This document shows, piece after piece, positions 9,328 to 18,503 of a stretch of 64,000 nt of DNA (positions are counted from its first letter, which is position 1; each line of letters opens with the position of its first letter). The DNA is from an uncultured Bacteroides sp. Lineage in GTDB: Bacteria > Bacteroidota > Bacteroidia > Bacteroidales > Muribaculaceae. Made by a program: the position numbers and the translations under genes. Location of the stretch: the NCBI GenBank assembly GCA_964575435.1, contig CAZNRK010000001.1, positions 38,145-102,144 on the forward strand, read 5' to 3'. Below the pieces are notes generated by a model. It was not told where the DNA came from, made no database searches, and saw only the letters and a list, made by a program, of their open reading frames with translations.

Positions 9328-10376
9328 CGGTTCAGAACTTGTTCTTCATATAGTTGCAGATATTTCCGGGCCGTGTTCTCCACGCTGTATGTGTCTTTGA
9401 CAAACTTGGCCGTCATCTCCAGGAATGCCTCATCAGGATAATTCTCCATAATATCAAGTATGGCAGCTGCACATGCCTCGGCATCGCCGCCTTTGAAGAG
9501 CTTGCCGTATTTTCCGTAACCCACAACCTCGACAGGCGCCTGATTGTCGCACACCAGTACCGGCACCTTGGCCGCCATTGCTTCAGCTACAGTAAGTGCA
9601 AATCCGTCAAACCGGGAGGGCTGCACTGAGAGATCGTAGTCGCAAAGGTGCTCCTTGACATATTCTTGCGGTTTCTGACCCAGAAATTTCACGTTCTCGC
9701 TGATTCCGTGATCCTTCACCATTTTCTCAAGTACGGGCAGCGATTCGCCCGAGCCGATAAATGTGAGTTCTATTTCCCGTTTATCGTCTTTAATAAGCCG
9801 AGCCACAGCATCAATTAATATGTCTTGACCTTTCTTTTCCATATCCAAGCGACTGAGCTGCACTATTTTGAAAGGTTTGCCTGGCAGGTGATATTCACGA
9901 GGCTTGATGTCGTTGACTTTGATGCCGTTATAGATCACAGTAGAATCCAGACCTGTTTTCTTCTTGATATCTTCTTTCACCATTTCTGAGATGGCAATCA
10001 CCGGACCTGCAGAATCAAGACATTTCATGTTGAAAGGACGGCAAAGAGCATGGAGGGTGACGCACATCTTTTTTCTCATCCCGGGCAGGAAACGCGCAAT
10101 TCGCGCGTAATGCAGATGGATGACGTCAGGGGAGAGCGCACGCACCTTAAAATACAACTTGACTGCCGGCCAGGGGAATTTGGACTGCGGGTCGCGGCCA
10201 ATGCATAAAAATCTGATGCGCGGATCCAGCTGAGCCTTCAGTCCCTCATTGACCAAATCGTTCATAACCACGATGCTGACGTCGTGGCCCTCCTTGACCT
10301 GTTCGTTGGCTATATTGACAAGCATGGTCTCTATGCCTCCGATTTCAAATCCAAAAGTAATATGTGCAATCTTCAT
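9324..10376 (-). CDS. Glycosyltransferase family 4
   Basis: GGIE at the N-terminus, IYNGI, KKGQ, PSRFDGFALTVAEAMA. Confidence 0.92.
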   Translation of the reverse strand: MKIAHITFGFEIGGIETMLVNIANEQVKEGHDVSIVVMNDLVNEGLKAQLDPRIRFLCIGRDPQSKFPWPAVKLYFKVRALSPDVIHLHYARIARFLPGMRKKMCVTLHALCRPFNMKCLDSAGPVIAISEMVKEDIKKKTGLDSTVIYNGIKVNDIKPREYHLPGKPFKIVQLSRLDMEKKGQDILIDAVARLIKDDKREIELTFIGSGESLPVLEKMVKDHGISENVKFLGQKPQEYVKEHLCDYDLSVQPSRFDGFALTVAEAMAAKVPVLVCDNQAPVEVVGYGKYGKLFKGGDAEACAAAILDIMENYPDEAFLEMTAKFVKDTYSVENTARKYLQLYEEQVLNR

Positions 10377-10668
10377 GTTTGGGTAATATAGGAGCAGATA
10401 TAGTTTTGAAAGGGAGATATCATGGAAAAATGAGCCAAAGAATTGAAACAGGAAAGCAAATCTCCATGCATCACACCGTCAAAAACCAAAGTATGTCGCA
10501 AAGGTACAAAAAAATCCTATAACTTCCAAAATCACACCTGCAACCATTTTATTACGCTGGATCTCCGAAACTTAAGCCCTCCGAAATTTAAGTTCAGCAA
10601 CTATCATGATAATCGACAAGTGTGGGGCCTAAATATTCAGATACATTATATAGATGGCTATATACAAC

Positions 10669-10735
10669 AAAAAAATTGATTGTCGTCACGACAACCAATC
10701 TTAGTTAACCTTAAATCTAATACCATGAAAAACAC
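10669..10735 (-). ncRNA. Candidate small regulatory RNA (~70 nt)
   Basis: Near-consensus promoter CTTG-N21-TACTTTG, U-rich single-stranded 5' part, 10-bp terminator stem plus U7; no ORF; 5' end approximate. Confidence 0.6.
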
Positions 10736-10864
10736 GATGCAAAGTACGCTATTTTTTATTTAATGTGCAAGTAATTCAATGAGAAATTCGCGTATAATTA
10801 ACTACAATTAACGATATATCCTTGAAAACCGGGATAATGACGTGAAAATACGATGAATTGTAAG

Positions 10865-10901
10865 AAAAAATCAGCCCCCGATGTTATCGGAAGCTGGATT
10901 T
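10865..10901 (-). terminator. Intrinsic terminator of the exonuclease operon
   Basis: Stem cagcttccgat/atcgggggctg followed by a T run on the minus strand. Confidence 0.7.
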
Positions 10902-10951
10902 ATAAACAGGACATTAGTTTGCCCTTTTAATATCTATTTACAATTGCCGGG

Positions 10952-11194
10952 CTATGGCTCTGGGTGCTCATTGTCTGTCTGAGAGCGATCGATGTCGTCT
11001 TTGCGTTCTTGGCGCAGCTGTTCGCGCTTCTTTATGAAGAAAAACAAGAGCACAATGATGCCCAGGCTAAGGCCGATTACGCCGAAATAGTAAAGAGCCG
11101 AGAAGCGGCCGGCTGCATATTCGGGGTAACCGATGTAGCTCATCACGGCAAGATAAACGAGCAGGATGGCGGGGATGATGATATGTCGTTTCAT
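10952..11194 (-). CDS. Small two-TM membrane protein, hypothetical
   Basis: 80 aa, two hydrophobic helices and a charged tail; in operon with the exonuclease. Confidence 0.75.
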   Translation of the reverse strand: MKRHIIIPAILLVYLAVMSYIGYPEYAAGRFSALYYFGVIGLSLGIIVLLFFFIKKREQLRQERKDDIDRSQTDNEHPEP

Positions 11195-11214
11195 GGTGGA
11201 GGGATGATGGATGG

Positions 11215-11865
11215 TTAAGGTTGGGAGCCTTCTTCGGGTTCGGTGACGATGAAAGGTGATTGTGTTGGGTCGAATTTCCCGCTCTCAAGATAGTTCCAAA
11301 TATGCAGGCAAGCCCATGCGTCGATCGAGGCATATTCTTTTTGTTTGCGTGTAAGAGCAGGAGCCTCCCAGTTAGTGAGTCGCTGATTCTTGGATATCTT
11401 TTGCGAGAAAAGAATGGCGAAGATGCGCTGAAGAGAGGCATCTTTTATGCAGAAATTCTTTACATATTCCTGCAAGTCAACGAAGCCTCCGGGCAAAAGG
11501 TTGCTTGAGCGGTGGATCACACTGAAATCATCGTGGAGCGAGAGCCCGATTTTTAGCACGTCAGGGTTTTCAAGCAGCCGGCACAGCGACATGGGCAGCC
11601 CGATGATGTTCAAGCGGAAGAGAAAACACGTCGATGCGGTGCTTAGCTGCATGAGAGCCACTTTATTGGTGCGACCTTTATGGAATGACGGCTTGGTTTC
11701 GGTGTCAAATCCTATAACCTTCTCGCGCATTAAAGCTTCAGCAGCCAGATCGGCTTTTTCGAGAGTGTCAACTGTTACGATACGCACGGGACACTCCACT
11801 ATGGGAAGTCCGGCCACGACGTCTTTGCCGATCGAGAGTGATATGTCGGGAGCAACTGTCGGCAT
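11215..11865 (-). CDS. 3'-5' exonuclease (DEDD, WRN/RNase D-like)
   Basis: IGFDTET (ExoI), HDD, SK..RLTNW, YASIDAW (ExoIII). Confidence 0.92.
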   Translation of the reverse strand: MPTVAPDISLSIGKDVVAGLPIVECPVRIVTVDTLEKADLAAEALMREKVIGFDTETKPSFHKGRTNKVALMQLSTASTCFLFRLNIIGLPMSLCRLLENPDVLKIGLSLHDDFSVIHRSSNLLPGGFVDLQEYVKNFCIKDASLQRIFAILFSQKISKNQRLTNWEAPALTRKQKEYASIDAWACLHIWNYLESGKFDPTQSPFIVTEPEEGSQP

Positions 11866-12026
11866 CAGTTCAGCACTATGCCGGGCATAGATTCCACGGG
11901 CATATATATTCTTGCAAATTGGCGTATGATATCGAGCGTGCTCTTCTTTGGAGATGTAGTGGGCATGCCGGTTTCAGGAGTTTGTGATAGAGTAGGGAGG
12001 GGAAGTTGAGTAGAGTTATTATCCAT
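11865..12026 (-). CDS. 53-aa small protein not in the ORF track
   Basis: MDNNSTQLPL...PKKSTLDIIRQFARIYMPVESMPGIVLN; its TGA overlaps the exonuclease ATG (TGATG). Confidence 0.7.
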   Translation of the reverse strand: MDNNSTQLPLPTLSQTPETGMPTTSPKKSTLDIIRQFARIYMPVESMPGIVLN

Positions 12027-12265
12027 AGGCAGGAGGGGGTTAGGATGGTTTTATTGTGAATGGTGATATTATAACGCATCGCCGAGGCGAAATATTGTAG
12101 ATACAACGGAATATTTCTTTGATTAGTTCAGGGGCGCTTATCTATAGGAGAATAAATGGAGCGAGCTTTTACACTTAACTATGTATAAGTCACAATATTG
12201 TGCAGATTGGGGAGTGGTATTCTAATAAAATAATCTATAAAAAATGCAAAAAGAGACCTCGCACA

Positions 12266-12297
12266 TTTGGCCATGTCCGAGATTTTGCGTAAATTTG
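12266..12297 (+). promoter_or_regulatory. Housekeeping promoter of the ECF sigma operon
   Basis: Perfect TTTG-N20-TAAATTTG. Confidence 0.75.
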
Positions 12298-12414
12298 CAG
12301 ATATTTATCGATTAAACGCTATAATCCATATTATTCAACCCCTTTTCTTAATAACGTAAAATTATCTTGCCTATTGCACATTTCTACTCAAAAAACAAAA
12401 AAAGATAGAAAATA

Positions 12415-13005
12415 ATGCAAAACTACACACAGTGCACCGATGATCAGTTGGTGCGTGCTTATGTATCCGGCGACAATTCGGCCTTCGATTCTCTCCTTGC
12501 CAGACATCAGGATCGCGTGATGACCTACATCCTCCGTCTGGTGAAAGATGAAGACTTGGCCAACGACCTTTTTCAAGAAACCTTTGTCAAAGCAATTATG
12601 ACCATCAAGCAAGGCAGATATCAGAGCGACGGGAAGTTCGGCGCCTGGATCACTCGCATTGCCCACAATCATATCATCGACCATTTCCGTCAGGAAAAAG
12701 CTCTTGCCACAATCTCGGCCGACAACGACGATGTCGACGTGCTCAACCGCAAAGAGCTCAGCGACGGCACTATCGAGGACCTTATGATCTACGATCAGAC
12801 CCTCACCGATGTGCGCCGTCTGGTCGAGCTCCTTCCCTCGGAGCAGAAACAGGTGCTGATGATGAGGTATTATGAAAATTTGTCGTTCAAAGAAATTGCC
12901 GAGCGCACCGGAGTGAGCATCAACACTGCCTTAGGGCGTATGCGCTACGCTCTGATGAACATGCGCAGGCAGGCGCGCGATGTGCGCCTTGAGCCTTCGC
13001 GCTGA
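12415..13005 (+). CDS. ECF-type RNA polymerase sigma-70 factor
   Basis: Region 2 DLFQETF..W..RIAHN; region 4 LSFKEIA..SINTALGRMRYA. Confidence 0.95.
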   Translation: MQNYTQCTDDQLVRAYVSGDNSAFDSLLARHQDRVMTYILRLVKDEDLANDLFQETFVKAIMTIKQGRYQSDGKFGAWITRIAHNHIIDHFRQEKALATISADNDDVDVLNRKELSDGTIEDLMIYDQTLTDVRRLVELLPSEQKQVLMMRYYENLSFKEIAERTGVSINTALGRMRYALMNMRRQARDVRLEPSR

Positions 13006-13032
13006 TTTTCTCCCCATCTGCCATACAGATAA

Positions 13033-14442
13033 ATGTTTGATACGATTTCACATTACATCACTGTAGCCGCCGATTTCCTCGGCGGCTATCCTCTTTTTTT
13101 TCTACTCATAGGCGGAGGCCTTTACATGTTTCTGCGCTCGGGTATGGTGTCGGTTCGCCATGTGCCTGACGCTGTGGCAGAATTGCGCCGCAAGAGCGAT
13201 GCCGACAATGGCCAGATATCTTCTGCTCAGGCTCTTGCATCGGTAGTGGCTGCCACAGTGGGCCTCGGCAACATCGCCGGTGTGGCCATCGCCCTGGTAA
13301 TGGGCGGCCCTGGAGCTATCTTTTGGATGTGGGTGAGCGCCCTGGTGGGTATGTCCACAAAATTTCACGAAGGAGTCCTGGCCATTATGTTCAAGGGCAA
13401 GGACAAGGACGGCACCCCGCGCGGCGGCCCCATGTACATCATCGAGCAGGGCTTGGGCCCGAAATGGAAACCCCTCGCCATTTTCTTTGCCATTGCCGGC
13501 ATGTTCGGCACCCTTTGCATCATGAATGCCAACCAGCTCACCGAGGCCTTTATGAGCGTCTTTACCACGCCCGACTCTCTGGTCTCCAACGGCATCCTCT
13601 CTTCCCTTTCCGCTGCCACCGGCATGAGCCACGCCATGCTTTTCAAGCTCCTTTTTGGCATCACTGTCGCATTCATTGTGGCTCTTGTTGTGCTCCGTGG
13701 CATCACGCGCATCGCCCGCGTGGCTTCGGTCCTGGTGCCATTCATGGTGATCGTGTATTTCCTTATGGTTCTGTATATTATCATCACGAATATCACTCAC
13801 GTGCCTGCCGTGATCTCAAGCATTTTTACCGAGGCCTTTAATCTTCGGGCAGGATTCGGAGCCTTTGCCGGAATTGCCGTGATCGGAGCCCGACGAGCAG
13901 CGTTGGTCAACGATGCAGGCATTGGCACAGCCTCCATCATGCATGGTTCGTCGCGCAACACCTCACCGGTGCGCGAGGGGCTGATAGCCATGCTCGGGCC
14001 AAGCATCGACTCCGGTCTGGTTTGCACCCTCACAGCATTGGCCATTCTGCTGTGCGGCGACATCAGCGTCGAAGGCGTGCAGGGCCTCCAAGTGGCTATG
14101 GGCGCTTTCTCCAAGGGAATTCCCGCAGGGGAGTATCTGCTCATAGCCATTGTCGTGTGCTTTGCCTTGTCATCGATGTTCTCTTATTCGTATTACGGCA
14201 CCCGATGCGCTGCCTATCTCTTCGGCGAAAAGAAAGCGAAATATTACACGTGGGCATTTATCCTTACCCTTGTCCTTTTTGCTGTGATACCTCTGGAGGC
14301 GGCCGTAGGGCTTTGCGACCTCTTCTATGCCCTTATGGCCATCCCGACCATGATAGCCCTGATAGCTCTGAGTCGCCACGTCCGTGCTGCCACAAAAGAA
14401 TATTTTGCTAAGAAAAAAGAAGAAAAATCCACTCAAAAATAA
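13033..14442 (+). CDS. Sodium:alanine/glycine symporter (AGCS family)
   Basis: ATVGLGNIAGVA, GGPGAIFWMW, GGPMY; multiple TM helices. Confidence 0.95.
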   Translation: MFDTISHYITVAADFLGGYPLFFLLIGGGLYMFLRSGMVSVRHVPDAVAELRRKSDADNGQISSAQALASVVAATVGLGNIAGVAIALVMGGPGAIFWMWVSALVGMSTKFHEGVLAIMFKGKDKDGTPRGGPMYIIEQGLGPKWKPLAIFFAIAGMFGTLCIMNANQLTEAFMSVFTTPDSLVSNGILSSLSAATGMSHAMLFKLLFGITVAFIVALVVLRGITRIARVASVLVPFMVIVYFLMVLYIIITNITHVPAVISSIFTEAFNLRAGFGAFAGIAVIGARRAALVNDAGIGTASIMHGSSRNTSPVREGLIAMLGPSIDSGLVCTLTALAILLCGDISVEGVQGLQVAMGAFSKGIPAGEYLLIAIVVCFALSSMFSYSYYGTRCAAYLFGEKKAKYYTWAFILTLVLFAVIPLEAAVGLCDLFYALMAIPTMIALIALSRHVRAATKEYFAKKKEEKSTQK

Positions 14443-14457
14443 TCCCAGTTTACGTAG

Positions 14458-15291
14458 ATGCTTCAATTCATAACATGGAACGCCGACCCCATTCTCTTTC
14501 ATCTGGGTCCGCTGCAAATCAGATGGTATGGCCTGATGTTTGCCATCGGTTTTTGGCTTGGTACTAACATTGTGGCCAAAATGTTCAAGCACGAGGGTGC
14601 ACCCGAGAGTTGGCTCGGCACTTTGCTCCTTTGGGTGGTAGGCGCCACCATTGTCGGCGCCCGTCTGGGTCATGTTTTCTTCTATCAGTGGGACTATTAC
14701 TCCCAACATCCCGAAAAAATCATCGCTTTCTGGGAGGGCGGCCTTGCCAGTCACGGCGGCACTATTGCCATCATCATCGCCGTGTTCCTTTTTTCATGGA
14801 TTACCACAAAACGAAGCCCGCTTTGGACCTTTGACCGCCTCGTGATCCCCATCGCACTGGTCGGAGCCTTAATCCGCATCGGAAACCTAATGAACTCAGA
14901 GATTTACGGCCATCCCACCTCCCTGCCCTGGGGTTTTATCTTTGTGCGCGGTCATGAGTTTCCAGGTGTGCCTTGTCATCCCACCCAAATTTATGAATCC
15001 TTGGCCTATCTGGCCCTTTTCGGCCTTTTAATGTGGATGTATTGGAAGAAAAACGCAGAAGAGCGTCCGGGTCTCATTTTTGGCGTGTTTCTGACATGGC
15101 TTTTCACTGCTCGCTTCTTTATTGAGTTCGTAAAAAATCCACAAGTGGCCTTCGAGCAAGGCATGACCCTCAACATGGGGCAACTGCTGAGCATCCCGTT
15201 TATCCTTCTGGGTATCGGCCTAATCATCTACGCTCTTTGCCGGCCGAAAGTGCCCCTCACTTTCCCAAACAAATTCGCCGACGAGAAATAG
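14458..15291 (+). CDS. lgt: Prolipoprotein diacylglyceryl transferase
   Basis: RWYG, GARLGH, GGLASHG, RIGN..NSE, HPTQIYE. Confidence 0.97.
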   Translation: MLQFITWNADPILFHLGPLQIRWYGLMFAIGFWLGTNIVAKMFKHEGAPESWLGTLLLWVVGATIVGARLGHVFFYQWDYYSQHPEKIIAFWEGGLASHGGTIAIIIAVFLFSWITTKRSPLWTFDRLVIPIALVGALIRIGNLMNSEIYGHPTSLPWGFIFVRGHEFPGVPCHPTQIYESLAYLALFGLLMWMYWKKNAEERPGLIFGVFLTWLFTARFFIEFVKNPQVAFEQGMTLNMGQLLSIPFILLGIGLIIYALCRPKVPLTFPNKFADEK

Positions 15292-15314
15292 CACCGCTTC
15301 TCAGCGGTATCTTC

Positions 15315-16388
15315 CTATCTCGCGTTTCTACGATAGAGGATTATGGCGATTATCGTGTAGATGATGTTGGGAATCCACATTGCCACAAACGGCGATGTCA
15401 AGCCAGAAATGGCAAAGGTCTGCGTAATGGTCATAAAAAGTATGTAGCTGAAGCTGAGCACCAGCCCGATGCCGATGTTCAACCCCATGCCTCCCTTTAC
15501 TTTTTTCGACGAAAGCGACATGCCGATAATCGTCAGAATAAAAGCCGCTGCGGTCATCGCAAATCGCCTGTGATATTCCACTTGAAACGATTGGATATTG
15601 GCCACGTGCCTCTCCTTCTGCCTTTCGATGTAGCGGTTCAGGGCCGGTGTGGTGAGCATCTGGTGGTCGGTGGCTGAAATCAGGAAATCGCGAGGCTCAA
15701 AGGGAATCATCGTATCCAGCTGAGATCCTTTTCTGATGATCTCACGGTCGCCTTTCACATCGCGAATCACGTAGTCATAGACGCGCCAGCTGTAGAGTGT
15801 GTCCCAGTGTATGGTCTGAGCTGTAAGGCGCGACACCAGGCGCTTCTCATCGTCAAACTTCTCCAGAGAAAAGCGCACACCAACCTTTGTGTTGTTGTCG
15901 TATCTGCTCATGTAGGCGATCTCTCCCGGAGCCACCATGAGCATGATGTTGGCGCCATAGTCCACACGTTTGTTCTTCACATATGTATTCGTGTAGTTTA
16001 TGCGCTTGACATTGGCCGGAGGGATGATGTAGGCATCCAGCACAAATGTAGCCGTCGCGATGATTGCTGCAGAAAACATGTAAGGCCACAGCAGGCGCTT
16101 GAAGCTGATGCCGGCTGACAGCATGGCTATGATCTCGCTGTTGTCGGCCAGTTTCGAGGTAAAAAAGATTACGGCGATAAAGGTAAACAGCGGCGAGAAC
16201 TGGTTGGCGAAGTAGGGGAGGAAGTTCAGAAAATAGTCAAAGAGAGTCTTGTCAAGCGGCGCTTTCAGAAATGAGTCAAGTTTCTCGTTGATATCAAACA
16301 TCACCACAATGGCCAAAAGCAGCAGAATGGCGAAGAAGTACGTGCCGAGAAATTTCTTGATAATATACCGGTCAATGATCTTGAACAT
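15315..16388 (-). CDS. LptF/LptG family LPS export permease
   Basis: IIDRYI, SEIIAM..AGIS..R, six TM helices around a periplasmic domain. Confidence 0.92.
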   Translation of the reverse strand: MFKIIDRYIIKKFLGTYFFAILLLLAIVVMFDINEKLDSFLKAPLDKTLFDYFLNFLPYFANQFSPLFTFIAVIFFTSKLADNSEIIAMLSAGISFKRLLWPYMFSAAIIATATFVLDAYIIPPANVKRINYTNTYVKNKRVDYGANIMLMVAPGEIAYMSRYDNNTKVGVRFSLEKFDDEKRLVSRLTAQTIHWDTLYSWRVYDYVIRDVKGDREIIRKGSQLDTMIPFEPRDFLISATDHQMLTTPALNRYIERQKERHVANIQSFQVEYHRRFAMTAAAFILTIIGMSLSSKKVKGGMGLNIGIGLVLSFSYILFMTITQTFAISGLTSPFVAMWIPNIIYTIIAIILYRRNAR

Positions 16389-16400
16389 CTCTGTGCCGGG

Positions 16401-17531
16401 TTAAAGGCGTGTGTTAAGGCGCTCTACCATTTCCTGCTTCCACGTCCGGAAGTTTCCGGCAATGATCTGCTTGCGGGCTTCGCCCACCAGCCAGAGATAG
16501 AAGGCAAGATTATGAATCGATGCAATTTCCAGGGCCAGCAGCTCTCCGGCGATGAAAAGGTGGCGCACATAGGCTTTGGAGTAGACGTGGTCAACAAACG
16601 AAGGACCATCCTCCTGCAGGGGCGAGAAATCATTCTCCCACTTTTTATTGCGCATGTTCATAGTGCCGTGGCGTGTGAAGAGCATGCCGTTACGGCCGTT
16701 GCGCGTGGGCATAACGCAGTCCATCATATCCACCCCGCGCTCGATTGCCTCGAGGATGTTGACGGGGGTGCCAACTCCCATGAGGTAGCGCGGACGGTCG
16801 GCGGGCAGAATGTCATTGACCACCTCAATCATTTCATACATGGTTTCGGCAGGCTCGCCCACAGCAAGGCCGCCAATGGCGTTTCCTTCGGCTCCGAGAT
16901 CGGCCACGTGGCGCGCTGATTCTCTGCGTAGTTCAGGATATGTGCAACCCTGCACGATGGGGAAGAAGGCCTGACTATAGCCGTAGAGCCCTTCAGTGCT
17001 GTTGAAATGCTTCCATCCACGGTCGAGCCAGCGATGTGTGAGGTCAAGACTGCGCCGGGCGTAGGAGAAATCCGAAGTGCCGGGCGGACACTCGTCGAGC
17101 GCCATCATTATATCAGAGCCGATAATCCGCTGGATGTCTACGACTTTTTCCGGGGTAAACAAGTGTTTTGAACCGTCAATGTGGCTGCGAAAGGTCACAC
17201 CCTCCTCGGTGAGTTTCCTGCGGTCAGAGAGCGAGAACACCTGAAACCCTCCGCTATCGGTGAGGATGGGTCGCTCCCAGCCTCCAAACTTGTGGAGACC
17301 TCCGGCTTGACGCAGAATTTCAGTGCCTGGACGGAGGTAGAGGTGATAAGTGTTGCCGAGGATGATCTGAGCCTTGATGTCGTCGCGCAGGTCGCGGAAA
17401 TGCACACCCTTTACGCTGCCGACGGTGCCCACGGGCATGAATATGGGCGTCTCGATTGTGCCGTGGTCTGTGGTAATAATCCCGGCACGTGCATTGCAAT
17501 CTGCAGCGGTGGCAATCAGGCTAAAATCCAT
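16401..17531 (-). CDS. tgt: tRNA-guanine transglycosylase
   Basis: TPIFMPVGT, NTYHL, TDSGGFQ, YLMGVG, DCVMPTR. Confidence 0.98.
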   Translation of the reverse strand: MDFSLIATAADCNARAGIITTDHGTIETPIFMPVGTVGSVKGVHFRDLRDDIKAQIILGNTYHLYLRPGTEILRQAGGLHKFGGWERPILTDSGGFQVFSLSDRRKLTEEGVTFRSHIDGSKHLFTPEKVVDIQRIIGSDIMMALDECPPGTSDFSYARRSLDLTHRWLDRGWKHFNSTEGLYGYSQAFFPIVQGCTYPELRRESARHVADLGAEGNAIGGLAVGEPAETMYEMIEVVNDILPADRPRYLMGVGTPVNILEAIERGVDMMDCVMPTRNGRNGMLFTRHGTMNMRNKKWENDFSPLQEDGPSFVDHVYSKAYVRHLFIAGELLALEIASIHNLAFYLWLVGEARKQIIAGNFRTWKQEMVERLNTRL

Positions 17532-17552
17532 GAGGGAATAAGAAAATCTGGT

Positions 17553-18446
17553 TTAAAACAGTTGCTCGGGATATTCCCCTGCCTCATGCAGGGCAGCCAG
17601 AGCATTCACCACGTTCTGGCGATCTTCGGGGAAGGTAACGCCAAACCATTTGGAGTCGGTAGAGAGCACTTTTACCTTTTTCTTGCCGGAGTGAATCAGG
17701 GTGTCGACCACAGTTGGGATGTAAAATTCGCTCTTAAGCTCAGTGCCTTTCTCTTTAAGGAATTTCACGAATTCTGCTAGTGCAAAGTCCATAAAATCAG
17801 CACCGAAGCCCCATAGATTCATCGACACGGGTGTGGAGGGGGCAAGAATGTGGAGCTTGTCCTGGTCATCGCTAAAGCAGATGCCCTTTTCCTGAGACTC
17901 GATGCCGTGACACTCTACTATATTCTTTAAATACCGGTTCTTGTCAACAGTGCATACTCCTCGGCTCACACTTCCGCTCTCCGAGAGGGTATTGGCCACA
18001 GGGAAGCCTACCATTGCATATTCCTCACCCTGAGATTTGAAGTGCTCGGCGATGCGCTTGAATGAATCCTTGCCGTAATAATCGTCGGCGTTGATCACGG
18101 CAAAAGGCTCTTTGATAGCATTGCGGGCAGCGAGGATGGCGTGGCCCGTGCCCCAAGGTTTGGTGCGCCCTTCAGGAGCCGTAAAGCCTTCGGGCAAGTC
18201 GGTAATGTCTTGAAACACAACCTCAACCGCCACATGGTCCTTATATTTTGTGAGAATCTTCTCGGTAAAGTCTTTCTCGAAATCCTTGCGGATTACGAAG
18301 ACAATCTTGCCAAAGCCGGCCTCGATGGCATCGTGGATTGAATAATCCATAATGGTTTCGCCGTGAGGACCAATGCCGTCAAGCTGCTTCAGACCTCCGT
18401 AACGGCTGCCCATGCCGGCAGCAAGCACTAAAAGTGTAGGTTTCAT
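17553..18446 (-). CDS. Sugar-phosphate nucleotidyltransferase
   Basis: LAAGMGSRYGGLKQ, KPWGTGHA, INADD. Confidence 0.88.
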   Translation of the reverse strand: MKPTLLVLAAGMGSRYGGLKQLDGIGPHGETIMDYSIHDAIEAGFGKIVFVIRKDFEKDFTEKILTKYKDHVAVEVVFQDITDLPEGFTAPEGRTKPWGTGHAILAARNAIKEPFAVINADDYYGKDSFKRIAEHFKSQGEEYAMVGFPVANTLSESGSVSRGVCTVDKNRYLKNIVECHGIESQEKGICFSDDQDKLHILAPSTPVSMNLWGFGADFMDFALAEFVKFLKEKGTELKSEFYIPTVVDTLIHSGKKKVKVLSTDSKWFGVTFPEDRQNVVNALAALHEAGEYPEQLF

Positions 18447-18503
18447 AATAAAATAGAATAATTCGGCGCAAAGTTACGCATTTCTTCGGAAATTACAAAA
18501 TTA

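Noticed and set aside
10443-10679. 78-aa plus-strand ORF in the AT-rich gap
   Set aside because: TTG start, no motifs, and it crosses the GT operon promoter and the sRNA terminator
11876-12106. 76-aa ORF from the track upstream of the exonuclease
   Set aside because: Non-ATG start and implausible composition; the overlapping 53-aa frame is coupled to the next gene and is more credible
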